The translations under genes and the position numbers were made by a program. The notes beneath the pieces are model-generated. The model saw nothing but the letters and a program-made list of their open reading frames with translations, was not told the DNA's origin and did not search any database. From Isurus oxyrinchus (Eukaryota): a stretch of 64,000 nucleotides of DNA. The stretch is taken from assembly GCA_026770705.1 (NCBI GenBank), contig JANJGN010000001.1:213218001-213282000 (forward strand), given 5' to 3'. Positions 53,306 through 64,000 of this stretch are shown in pieces (within the stretch, counting starts at the first letter, position 1; each line of letters begins with the position of its first letter).

Positions 53306-53791
53306 ATACAATCCATTATACCACAAACATTGATATAGCCCCCCATTAACATTTCAGATAGGACTGTTAATCATGTATCATTTCTGTTGAAGGGACCTAT
53401 TGAGAAGTATGTGTAGGTCTGAGGATCATGATTTAATGTTTGTTTCATCAGTGTCACCATTCAATACAAAGAGAATGTGTAATGGCAAATATTGAGATAC
53501 CAATACTGATCTTTCCCCAGTGGAAAACTAAGCATCCCATTTACACAGTATACCTGAAGATAGCTACAAAAATAACATGCAAAACATTTTTCTTTGTAAC
53601 GGAGACAATAAATGTACAGTAGGATATTCTAATTTTCCTCAATGTACTGCATCTATTACCTCTCACCTCCCTCTAATTATGTGCACACCATTTTGACAAT
53701 TCCCTGTACTGGGTTCTCAACTCCAAATACTGCTTCTTTGCACCATTGAGTCATCGAGCTGGAATATGCATTTTGTTCTCTAATTCAATAT

Positions 53792-54317
53792 TATTGCTGA
53801 AAAAAGAGACATGTCTAAGCTTTTTGTCTTGCACTCATCAGGACACTTGCAAGAATAAGGGGGAAAACGACAAGTTATACTGTGAGTGGAGAGTGCTGAC
53901 TGGTTGGAAAGTGGTGTTGCCATGGAGAAAGCATCATTGATGGTGACTGACAGTTAACTGCCAAGCATTGTTTGAATTTTAAATCTGGAAGCTTGGCCCT
54001 AATTGGTCAAGGCATTGCCCTGAGGAGTGAGTCAGTGAATGGCTGCCACTTATTTTGTTTAGCTGAAACAGGTGCAAAAGTATGTACATGTTCTTTCTGT
54101 CTACAAAGAACAGAGCCCCGTGCATTCAAACAATGCTTGGCAGTTAACTGTCAGTCACCATGAGTGGTGCTTTCTCCATGGCAATACCACTTGCCAACTA
54201 ATCAACACTCTCCACATACAGTATAAATTGTTGCTTTTTCCCTTAAATTGGTATTCTTGTGAGTGTCCTGATGAGTGCAAGACAAAAAGCTTAGACATGT
54301 CTCTTTTTTCAGCAATA
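53792..54317. mobile_element. ~525-bp palindromic element with a hammerhead-like motif in each arm
   Basis: Arms 53792-53976 and 54125-54317 are reverse complements around a ~150-bp spacer. Each arm has TGTC-CTGATGA-GTGCAAGAC-AAAAAGCTTA-GACA. Confidence 0.85.
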
Positions 54318-54464
54318 CTCAAATTCTGTACTACCAAATGACTAATTGAATATTAGCACAACTTGCATATGTTTTTAGATAAATTATCAGTATCTCACCT
54401 TTATTTTATGTTGCTTCATCTATATAACACCTGGTAACAGCATTAATGGAGGAGATAGAAGTGG

Positions 54465-55115
54465 TAAACATAAAACTTAGAAAATAGGAGCAGGAGTAGG
54501 TCATTCGGCCCTGTGAGCCTGCTCCACCATTCAATATGATCATGGCTGATCCTCTATCTCAATGCCATACTCCCATACTCCTTGACAACTTTAGTGTCTA
54601 GAATTCTATCTATTTCCTTCTTAAATATATTCAATGACTCAGCCTTCTTAGCCCTGTGTGGTAGAGAATAACACAGGTTCACCACTCTGCGTGAAGACAT
54701 TTCTCCTCATCTCAGTCCTGAATGGCCTACCCCATATCCTCAGACTGTGACCTCTTGTCCTAGACTCACCCAGCCAGGGGAAATATCATCTCTGCATCCA
54801 GTCTGTCCAGCCCTGTCAGAATTTTATGTTTCAATGTGATCCCCTCTCATTCTATTAAACTCCAGTGAATACAGGCCTAATCGTCCCAATCTCTCCTCAT
54901 ACAACAATCCTGCCAATCAGTCTGGTGAACCTTTGCTGCAATCCCTCCATGGCAAGTATATTCTTTCTGAGGTAAAGAGGCCAAAACTGCACACAATACT
55001 CTAGGTGTGGTCTCATCAAGGCCCTGTGCAGCTGCAGTAAGACATTGTTGCTCCTATACTCAAATCCTCTTGCAATGATGGCCAACATACTATTTGCCTT
55101 CCTAACTGCTTATTG
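54465..55115 (-). mobile_element. CR1 LINE 3' fragment
   Basis: ORF 54897..55088 IARGFEYRS..RPHLEYCVQFW, plus the CR1 3'UTR/tail at 54465-54550. Confidence 0.88.
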
Positions 55116-55614
55116 CATAACCAGATTTGCAATTTTAGTTGAAGATCTGAGCAGGTAGCAGTGATGGGCTCCATATCAAACCAGACCTGTCAGGAGCTGG
55201 ATTGTGGCTCAGCAAGCTAAATGTAACAATCTTTTTCAAATTGAGTGATCAACAGGTTTGAAGGAATGGAGAGACTGATGATGGATGGATAATAAGTCAC
55301 ATAAGATGTCATTGGTGAATTTAACCAGAGCATATTTTGCAGCCAGGCACCTGAGAGGACCTTCCAGTGTTGTGGATGCCTAGCAGAACACGTTAAATAG
55401 GAAAAATCCACCTGATCTTGGAAGTCTCCTGGAGTGTAACAGCAAATGGTCCTGGCAAGTGTGATTCCACTGCATGTGTAGGCTTACAGAATTTTGGCTC
55501 CAATGTTTCTGCAAACTTTCAAGCATATACTTGGACAAATGTCCCACAGAAACTGGCAGAGAAGAACAGGAATAGAGTAATCAGCTCCTTGGGTTTGACC
55601 CACCATTCAAAGAG

Positions 55615-58545
55615 ACCATAACTGCTCTGTATCCTAACTCCTTCCATCAGCCTTGATTCCATAGCCCCACTACTCTTGACTAGCAAAAATCTATCAATCT
55701 AAGATTTAAAATGATTAATTCATCTAGCATCCACTGTTTTTTGTTGAGGACAGTTTCATAGTTCTACCACCTTTTGCATAAAGAAATATTTCTGAACTTC
55801 TCTCCTGAATGGCCTGGCTCTGATTTTCAGGTTAAGGCATCTGCCACCAAGGGGAAAATGGCTGAAGTTTTCCATCCCCACTGGCATTGGGTGTCATGGC
55901 GGGCGTGAACGGACAGTATGGTGAGAAAGCCAAAAATCAGTTTCATGCGGTTGTGAAACCAGTTTGCGATTGTCCGCTCCACCCGTCAATGGTGGGCCGC
56001 ATTTCCTGCCGCTGAATAAATCTGCATCTTATCATAAGCTCTGCTTGCCAGAATTCAGCCCCCCACGTCAAATTTGCTGCCCACGTCACCAGGAAAACAC
56101 ACTGGCCTGGAACACGTCTTGGCAAGTGTGATGTGCTGAAGTCGGAATTTACCATTAGGGCATCGTGGACATTCGAGGAGCAGAAGGTGCTGCAGCCCGA
56201 GGGAGTATGGTGGTGGGTGGTGGCGGTGGGTGGGTGGGGGGTAGGATGTAATGGGGAGAATGCGGCAACTGAGGAGGTAGGTGTAAGGGTAGAGGATGGT
56301 TTAAGGGAAGGAGTTGGGAGGGGAGAAAGGAGTCCAGAGAGAAAAAGGAGTCCAGAAGTGGGAAGGAGTAAGGGTGGAGGAGGAAGTAAGGGTGGCAATG
56401 TCCAGCTGAACGTGTAAGGGAGGGACCTGTGGAGGTATTGACTGTCTCCTGGGGAGTGAACTGAGGGTGGGTGTGTTAGGAGGGAATCGTGAGTATGAGA
56501 GAGGGCAGAGTGAGCCGGTAGGGTGGGAGGATGAGGGTGTGGTGGTTGTGATAGAAGAGACAGTGAGGGTGGTTGGTGGGGATTCGGAGGCAGACCCTGG
56601 GGTGGGAAGGAGGAGGTCGGGGAGACCAAAGTAGATGGGGGTGAAATTCCCGGGAAGATAGAGAACGTGCATGTTCACCTCGACATCCTGGAAAGAAAGG
56701 GGTTCTGGTTGGTAGGTGACGGTGGGGAGGTGGAAAGTGATGCCAGGGGGTCAACAGTGATGGGGGAAAAGACATGGGTGACTGGGGGAGGGGAAAGGAC
56801 AGGGGGACCTCAAAACAAACCTTACAACGATCCTGCTTCTGAAATCGAAAGTGACAGGAGCCTCATATTGGGCAGGAACAGGTGCTGCATGGGAGTGCGA
56901 TCAGTGGGTGGGTGGAGATACAGGTCAGCTCAGATAGACAACTGAAGGAGAACCCCAGCAGGCAGCATTGAAAATGCTCAGGACATTGAAGTGAATGTGA
57001 TGCAGAAAGTCTCCGCGTGAGTGGGAAAATGTTTGCACGAAGTTCTGAAAGGCCCTGCCACTCACACACTTCTCTCTCCAAAATCACTCGTGGGCCAGCT
57101 GCACGCAGCTGAACTGCTAGTGGGGGAGGACTAGTGAAGCCTGTAAATTAAGCTGAAAGACACCATTACACATTACTCAGTGAAAGTGAATACATTTTTA
57201 GATTATAAAGTGACCACTTGTGATCAGAAATTCTTAACTTTTCCAGGCCTACCTTCCAGGTAGGATGGGTGGAGGCAGCTTGTGCAATGGTTGACCCTGT
57301 TGCCTCTGATGACTTTGGCGTGGGTCCTCTGGGGTGCCGAGGCCTTAAGGGCCCCAACTTGCTTTGGCTGTCCTGTGGGCCAGCTGCTCCCTCTGCAGTG
57401 ACAGAGGACGAGGCTGAGGGAGTTACAGGCAAAGGGGACTCAGAGGTAGAGGACAATCTCTGAGATTCCTGAGTGGATGACCCAGTGGTGTCCAGCTACT
57501 GATCCTCCTCCTTTCGAGTGCCCGAAAGTCCCAGCCTGACTCCTCAAGGGGAAGGAGCACCTGGAGGGAGGTCGAGGTGCCCCGTTTCTCTCTCGCATTG
57601 CAGTGGCTGGGCAAATCAGAGACTGCCGCACTAGCGACCTGGCGTGTTTCCCAGGAATTAATTATTAATGAGGTGTGATGCGCTGAGAATGTGACAATAT
57701 GGCTTAAAAAGCCGCCATTGCGGCCAAAGAGTAAAACGTCCTTTTTCCTGCCGGCAAATCTGGGACGATTCCGCCCAAAGTCTGTACCAATTCCTTTCAA
57801 AATCCAAAAGCTTCAATCTAATCATCCTTTAGCCAAGGAATACAAGCCTAAAATTAATGTAATCTCTTCTCATAATCTAACCAATGGAGCCCTGGTAATA
57901 TCCTGGTGAATTTGCAATGCATTCCTTCCAATGTCAATATATTGTTTCTAAGGTGTAGTGCCTGAATGCTACACTGTACTACATATAAGGTTTAACCAGG
58001 AATTTGCATAGCTCTAGCAAAACTTCTTCAGCTTTATATTATAGTCACCTAATTATAAAAGCTAACATTCTATTAGCCTTTTTGATTATTTTTTTGCACC
58101 TGACTACTATATTTTAGTGATCTGTACACGTGCAGCCCATAATCTATTTGGACTGACTAATGAGACATTGATAGATTAAGTGAGTGGATAAAATTGGCAG
58201 ATGAATTTTGATGCAAGTAGGTATGAAGTCATCCATTTTGGACCAAAAATGGATAGATTCAAGTTTTTTCAAATCATGAAAAACTAGGAACAATCTATCC
58301 ATTTTTGGTCCAAAATGGATGACTTCATACCTACTTGCATCAAAATTCATCTGCCAGTTTTATCCACTCACTTAATCTATCAATGTCTCATTATCATTTT
58401 ATGCTTCTGCCTACACTACTTGCCATGCCACCAATCTTTGTGTCATCAACAAACTGGATATGACTCTCTATTGCATTATCTAAGTTTAATAACATCGTGA
58501 ATCACTGAGGCCTCAGAATAGAGGAATACCACAAGTCACTTCCTT
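55615..58545 (-). mobile_element. Old CR1 LINE fragment, interrupted by the 55860-57776 insertion and by an inverted duplication at 58159-58392
   Basis: CR1 3' sequence at 55615-55858 resumes at ~57780. ORF 58144..58350 reads MNFDASRYEVIHFG (CR1 QMxFNxxKCxVxHFG motif). Confidence 0.65.
55860..57776. mobile_element. Putative non-autonomous PIF/Harbinger-like DNA transposon derivative
   Basis: Degenerate terminal inverted repeats (GGCTGAAGTTTTCCA / TGGGACGATTCCGCCC), GC-rich subterminal regions, a G/purine-rich interior, and a minus-strand relic SLQVLL plus a Ser/Pro-rich stretch reminiscent of Myb/SANT-like partner ORFs. It splits a CR1. Confidence 0.5.
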
Positions 58546-58549
58546 CCAA

Positions 58550-58913
58550 TTTTTTTTATTCCTTCGTGGGATGTGGGTGTCACTGGCTAGGCCAGCATTT
58601 ATTACCCATCCCTAGTTGCCCTAGTTCAGAGGGCATTTAAGAGTCAACCACATTGCTGTGAATCTGGAGTCACATGTAGGCCAGACCAGGTAAGTACAGC
58701 AGATTTCATTCCCTAAGTGACATTAGTGAACCAGATGGGTTTTTACAACAATCTGCAATGATTTCATGGTCATCATTAGATTTTTAATTCCAGATTTTTA
58801 TTGAATTTAAACTCCACCATTTGCCATGGTGGAATTTGAACCCAGGTCCCCAGAACATTACCCTGGGTCTCAGGTTTACTAGTCTAGTGACAATACCACT
58901 GCGCCATTACTGC
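58550..58913 (-). mobile_element. tRNA-derived SINE, same family as 47410-47805
   Basis: Head GGCAGTAATGGCGCAGTGG..GGGTTCAAATTCC. Shares ACATTAGTGAACCAGATGGGTTTTTACAACAAT with the other copy. Confidence 0.8.
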
Positions 58914-58939
58914 CCTAAAGCACATTCAAGTACATTGGA

Positions 58940-59660
58940 AGATAGGAACATAGGACTTAGGATCAGAAGGAGGCCATTTGGCCCTTCAAGCCTGCTCCAC
59001 CATTCCATAAGGTCATGGCTAGCTGATTGTGGTCTCAATTCCACTTTTCTGTCTGTGACAGGCCAAATGACCTCCTTCAGTAATGATTTTATCAAGGTGT
59101 TGTCAGCGTACATATGAAAACTGATGCTGTGTCCCACATGTAGATGTGAAAAAGGATAGACCGTTGGGGGTCACCAGAGCAAGACAAAAATGAGCTGCTA
59201 AAAGGGAATGTGAAAAGAAACTTGAAATGGATATCAAGCTTAACACAAGAAGTTTGTGCAATTATATTAGAAGAGAAAGAGTAGTCAAGAGTGATAATGG
59301 GCCCTTTAAAAACAGATGGGGTAAAACTGTAAATGAAAATAATAATACTTTTGTGTCAGTCTTCACAGTAGAGGAAGAGGATAATAAACCTGACTTTCCT
59401 AAGAAACTAATATTGCAATAAAGATTGGAACTCACAAAAGTTAGCATTAGCGAGGAAACTGTATTAGAAAAAATAGTGGCGCCATAAACTCACAAACCCC
59501 GAGGACCTAATTGCTCCAGGGTTTAATGGGAAGTGGATGAGGAAATTACAGATGCTTTAGACATAATTTTCCAAAACTCTCTTGATGAAGGAACTATCGC
59601 TTTTTAGACTGGAAAACTGTAAATTCAACTCCATTATTTAAAAAATGCGAGAGAAACCAG
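58940..59660. mobile_element. CR1 fragments (minus-strand 3' end 58940-59055, then plus-strand ORF2 relic)
   Basis: GGAGGCCATTTGGCCCTTCAAGCCTGCTCC. ORF 59227..59421 FVSVFTVEEED matches the CR1 FxSVFT motif. Confidence 0.7.
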
Positions 59661-59675
59661 AAAGTTATCATGTCA

Positions 59676-59758
59676 AGAACAAAAACAAAAGTGCCTGGAA
59701 AAACTCAGCAGGTCTGACAGCATCTGCGGTGAGGGATACAGTTGACGTTTCGAGTCCG
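59676..59758 (-). mobile_element. Single-arm Penelope-like short element with TSD
   Basis: Homologous to the 46-kb arm, flanked by TATCATGTCA at 59666-59675 and 59759-59768. Confidence 0.75.
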
Positions 59759-59764
59759 TATCAT

Positions 59765-60000
59765 GTCAGTTGTGACTCATTTGGTAGCACTCTTGCTTCT
59801 AAATCATAAGGTTCTGGGTTCATGTACCACTCCAGGACGTGCACACAAAAATGAAGACTGACACTCCAAAGCAGTACTGAGGAAGGTGCCATCTTTGTGA
59901 TGAGACATTAAATCAAGGCCCCATCTGCCTGCTTGGTTGGACGTAAAAGATCCCAAAGAAGAGCAGGGAAGTAACCCTGGTGTCTGAGCCAATATTTAAA
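59765..60000 (+). mobile_element. tRNA-derived SINE (SacSINE1/DeuSINE-like)
   Basis: GTGACTCATTTGGTAGCACTCTTGC..GGGTTCATGTACC head, then CTGACACTCCA..GCAGTACTGAGG..GAGACATTAAA..GGACGTAAAAGATCCC body. Confidence 0.65.
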
Positions 60001-60319
60001 CCTGTGCTCCTTGGATGGTGAGGGAGATAGAGAATAAAATGGAACATGAGGGGACATGTTTTTAACATTGCTAAAGTTTTTAATTTTTAATTTTAAAAAT
60101 CTTCAGCTCCCTGAGACAGCTCCATGCCTCAGGATGCTTTTACTGCACACACTGGGCGCATGCACAAGCTTCAGAGTTTGCACTCCTCCTGGCCCCACCC
60201 TACTCCTGGCCAGCCAATGTGAAATCACAGTCGAAGCCTGATTGCGGGTAGCGGTCGGCTTCCCTACCACTCCCAGCCCACCCCCCAAGCCCACCTGATG
60301 ACTGGAAAATCCTGGCCAA

Positions 60320-61840
60320 TAAGTACTTTTTATCAGTGTTTACCAACAAAGAGGATGCTGACAAAACATTGGTAGAGGTAATGGATGTGGTGAAAATTGA
60401 TAGGAAGGATGCTTTGGAAAGGCTGGCACTGCTTAAAGTGGATAAGCCACCAGCTCTGGATGACTTCCATTCAGGTTGCTCAAGGAAGTTGGAATGGAGA
60501 TAATGAAAGGGCTTGTCATAATCTTCCAATCTTTCCTGGATCCAGGGGAGATGCCAGAGGATTGGAGAGGCAAATGTGACATCCTTATTCAAGAGAAGGT
60601 ATAAAGACATTCCTAAGAATTACAGGCTAGTCATTTTAACATCTGTGATGGACAATGTTTTAGAAACAATAATCAGGGAAAAAATCAGCAGGCACTTATA
60701 GAGCTTTGAGTTAATTAGGGAGAGCCTTCACTGATTTGTAAAAGGCAGATTGTGCTCGACCACTCTAACTGATTTTTTAAAATGAATTAACAGAGAAGGT
60801 TGATGAAGGGAAAGTAATGGATGTTGTCTATATGGATTTTATGAAAGCCTTTGACAAAGTATCAGATAAAAAGTTGGTTAACAAAATTGAGGCTCATGAA
60901 ATAAAAGGATCAGAGTTCACCATTGACAAAACTATTGTCTTAAAGATAGAAAACAGCAAGTTGTGGTAAATGATTGGTTTTCAGATTGGGGACAATGGTC
61001 TTCTCTACAGCTCAGTGCTAGGACTATTGCTTTTTTGATATATATATAAATGACTTGGATATTGGAGTACAGAGTAAAATCTGAAAAATTGCCAATGACT
61101 CCAAACTTGGAGGTGTGGGAGGCAGTGAAGATGATACCAATCGACTGTAATAGAACATAGATAAGCTAGCAGAATGAGCAGGCATATGACAGATGGAATT
61201 TAAAACAGAGAAATTTGAAGTTGTGCATTTTGGGAAAAGGGATAGGGAGAGGCAATATGAGCTAAACGGCCCTCTAAAGAGTGTACAGGAACAGAAGGAT
61301 CTGGGATTCATCAGCATACATCTTTGAAGATAGCAGGATATATTGAAAGTAGTAAGCAAAACATGTAGGATCTCGGGCTTCATAAATATAGATATTGAGT
61401 ACTAAAGCAGGGAAGTTAAGCTGAACCTTTATAAAGCTTTGGTTAGGCCACAACTGGAGTATTCCAGTTCTGGTCACCACACTTTAGGAAGGATGCAAAA
61501 GTCCTTGAGAGGGTGCAGAAGAGTTTTACCAGAATGGTTCCGGGGTGAGGGAGTTTAGCTACAAAGTTAGGTTGGAGAAGCTGGGGACATTCTTCTTAGG
61601 GCAAAAGAGGCTGAAGGGAGATTTGATAGAAACAAAAATAAAAATACCTGGTAAAACTCAGCAGATCTGACATCATCTGTGGAAAGGAATACAGTTAACG
61701 TTTCGAGTCCGTATGACTCTCCAACAGAACAGATTTGATAGAGGTGTACAAGATTATAACAGGTTTAGTTAGGGTAGACAAAGAAAAGCTGTTCCCATTA
61801 ATTTCTAGTACAAGGATTAGGGGCACAGACTTAAGGTTTT
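60320..61840 (+). mobile_element. Degenerate CR1 LINE reverse transcriptase region
   Basis: DNA encodes relics of NYRxVxLTS, DVVYMDFMKAFDKV, YINDL, KxAxDxKL and RPQLEY..QFWSP with stops and frameshifts. Confidence 0.88.
61631..61730 (-). mobile_element. Single-arm Penelope-like short element nested in CR1, with 12-bp TSD
   Basis: Flanked by AGATTTGATAGA at 61619-61630 and 61731-61742. Removing it restores the CR1 GDLIEVYKI motif. Confidence 0.85.
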
Positions 61841-62539
61841 GGGCTGAACAATACACTCCGGCATGGCACCTGGAAGCGGCTGACATTCAGACTTCTAAAC
61901 CAAATAGGTCAATAGCCCAAATAGGTCAAGTAAAGTGTCAGTTGGGCCAATTAAGTGTGCTGGGTAGGCTCCAGGCCACAGAGTGAGAGTACCCAATCAG
62001 AGCAGCAGGTCAGGATATCTGGTGTTGGAGCTCAACAGCCGTGACCCGGATCGAGGTCAAAGCCTGTAATTTGAAGAGCCACTCTTGCCTCTTTAACAGC
62101 ATACTGCAGAAACGGATCTCTCTGCATGAGGTCTCAGGTTCTTAAATCATGAATTTAAGTCAGTTTACATCTACTCCTTCCATGAAGCACTTCCAGTGGC
62201 CAAAGAACACTGAACAGTCAAGATTTAATTCTGCCCTCAGACAACCCACCATTACAGCCTGCCGGATGAAAATCGGGAAATACGGCTGGTGTAAATCCCA
62301 CTCTGAAAGCGTTATATTTCATTCTGCATGTATTATGGCAGACAATTGCCTTTCTAATGAGCACAAATAGCCTATTACCTTCAACTTGCATTGCGTGGAC
62401 GGGCTCCCGATTTCCAGACCCGCTTGATAGCTATTATCCCAGACTCGTGTGATGATGTCAGGAATGTGACTCTATGTCTTCGCGCCCGATAATATGTTGG
62501 CATTTTGGACTGTATTATTTAGGCCTTTGGGTAAGAGAT

Positions 62540-63590
62540 TGTGAGGAAGTACTTTTTTTACACAGCAACCTGCAACTTGTTGCCTCTGAGGTTGGAGGAA
62601 GTGGAGATGATAAATGCTTTTAGAAGGAAATTGGATGGGAACTTGAAGTAAATAAGACTTGCAGGAGGGAGACAGAAAGCAGGAAACTGCAGGCTAGTTA
62701 GCATTACATCTGTCATAGAATTCATTAATAAGGAATTTATAGCAGGATATTTAGAAAATCATAATGGGATCAGGCAGAGTCAGCATGGTCTTGTGAAAGG
62801 GAAATCATGTTTAATTAATTTATTAGAGTTTTTCAAGGAAGTAACAAGAAGGGTGGATAAAGGGGGGCCTGTAGATGTAGAGTACTTTGATTTCCAAAAA
62901 GCATTTGATAAGGTGCCGCTCAAAAGTTACCTCACAAGATAAGAGAACATGGTGTTAGATAAATCATTGGTTAGCTAGCAGGAAGCAGAGAGTAGGGAAA
63001 ATGTTTTTTTTTGGGTTGACAAGCTATAACTCGCAGAATGCCACAGGTATAAGTGCCAGAGCCTCAACTATTTACAATCTATATAAATGATTTGGATGAA
63101 GATACCAAATCTATGGTAGCTAAATTTGCTGATGACAACATAGGTAAGAAGGTAAGTTGTCAAGAGAAGTTAGAGAGTCTGTAAAGGGATATAGACAGGT
63201 TAAATGAATAGGCAAAAATTTGGTAGATATAGTGTATAAGGTGGGAAAATGTGAACTTGTCATGGAAAGGGATTGCAGAACTCGGTAGTACAGAGGGATC
63301 TGGGTGTCCTGGTACATGAATCGCAACAGGTGAGTATGTAGGTACAGCAAGTGATTAGGAAGGCAAATGGAATATTTCTATCTATTGCAAGGGGAATGGA
63401 ATAGTTTTACTGCAGCTGTACAGGGCATTGTTGAGACCACATCTGGGATACTGTGTACAGGTTTGGCCTCCTTATTTGAAAAAAAGATATAATTGCATTC
63501 GAAGTGGTACAGAGAAGGTTCACTCGACTCATTCCTGGGATGAAGGGCTTATCTATGAAGAAAGATTGAACAGGTTGGGCCTACGCCCAC
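62540..63590 (+). mobile_element. Degenerate CR1 LINE RT fragments
   Basis: QHGLVKGKSCL, DFQKAFDKV, YINDLD, KFADDN and RPHLGYCVQVW relics. Confidence 0.85.
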
Positions 63591-63649
63591 TTTGAAAGAA
63601 CAAATTGGCTAGTTTCACTCTGTGTCCCTTTACTCATAGTCCTATCACT

Positions 63650-64000
63650 TTTTTATCTTCAGGTGCATATCCAATTCCCTTTTGAAAGCCTCAGTTGTAG
63701 CTGTCTCCACCCCGTCTCAGGCAGTGCATTCCTGATCCTAACCAATCGCTGCATAAAGAAGATTTTCCTCAAGTCACCGTTGGTTCTTTTGCCAATTACC
63801 TTAAATCAGTGTCTTCTGGATTTCAACAACAATTTCTCTCTATCATGACTGCTCATGATCTTGAATGCTTCTATAAATTCTCCTCTCAGCATTCTATTCT
63901 TTAAGGAGAACAATCATAGCTTCTCCAATTTATCCATGCAATTGAAATCCTAGAACCATTCTCATAAATCTCTTTTGTACAATGCTTCAGTTGATGTTGA
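63650..64000 (-). mobile_element. Old CR1 3' fragment
   Basis: ATCCAATTCCCTTTTGAAAG..GGCAGTGCATTCCTGATCCTAACC..TCTCCTCTCAGC..AAGGAGAACAA. Confidence 0.6.

Noticed and set aside
55943-56775. Pro-rich minus-strand ORFs up to 228 aa
   Set aside because: Come from G-rich low-complexity sequence inside a transposon relic.

Overview
Vertebrate genomic DNA, most likely a cartilaginous fish (inferred from the CR1 LINE, tRNA-SINE and palindromic repeat content). It holds two complete minus-strand genes in the same order as human 18q21: ST8SIA3 (4 coding exons, 51855..43940, 381 aa, intron 2 needs a GC-AG donor) upstream of ONECUT2 (2 coding exons, 31373..14838, 466 aa, CUT domain plus homeodomain). 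ONECUT2 is followed by a long, repeat-free putative 3'UTR dense in miR-9 and miR-218 seed matches. It includes a four-copy ~28-nt module that joins a miR-218 site, a 5'-splice-site/U1-like motif and a shared GCUGU flank. A two-codon uORF abuts the ONECUT2 start codon. The region beyond ~44 kb is repeat-rich: CR1 and L2 fragments, SINEs, a Harbinger-like insertion, and Penelope-type short or palindromic elements with degenerate minimal hammerhead-ribozyme cores, three of them with clear 10-12 bp target-site duplications. Exon boundaries were read at base level. Repeat boundaries are approximate, and family names come from pattern recognition, not database searches.
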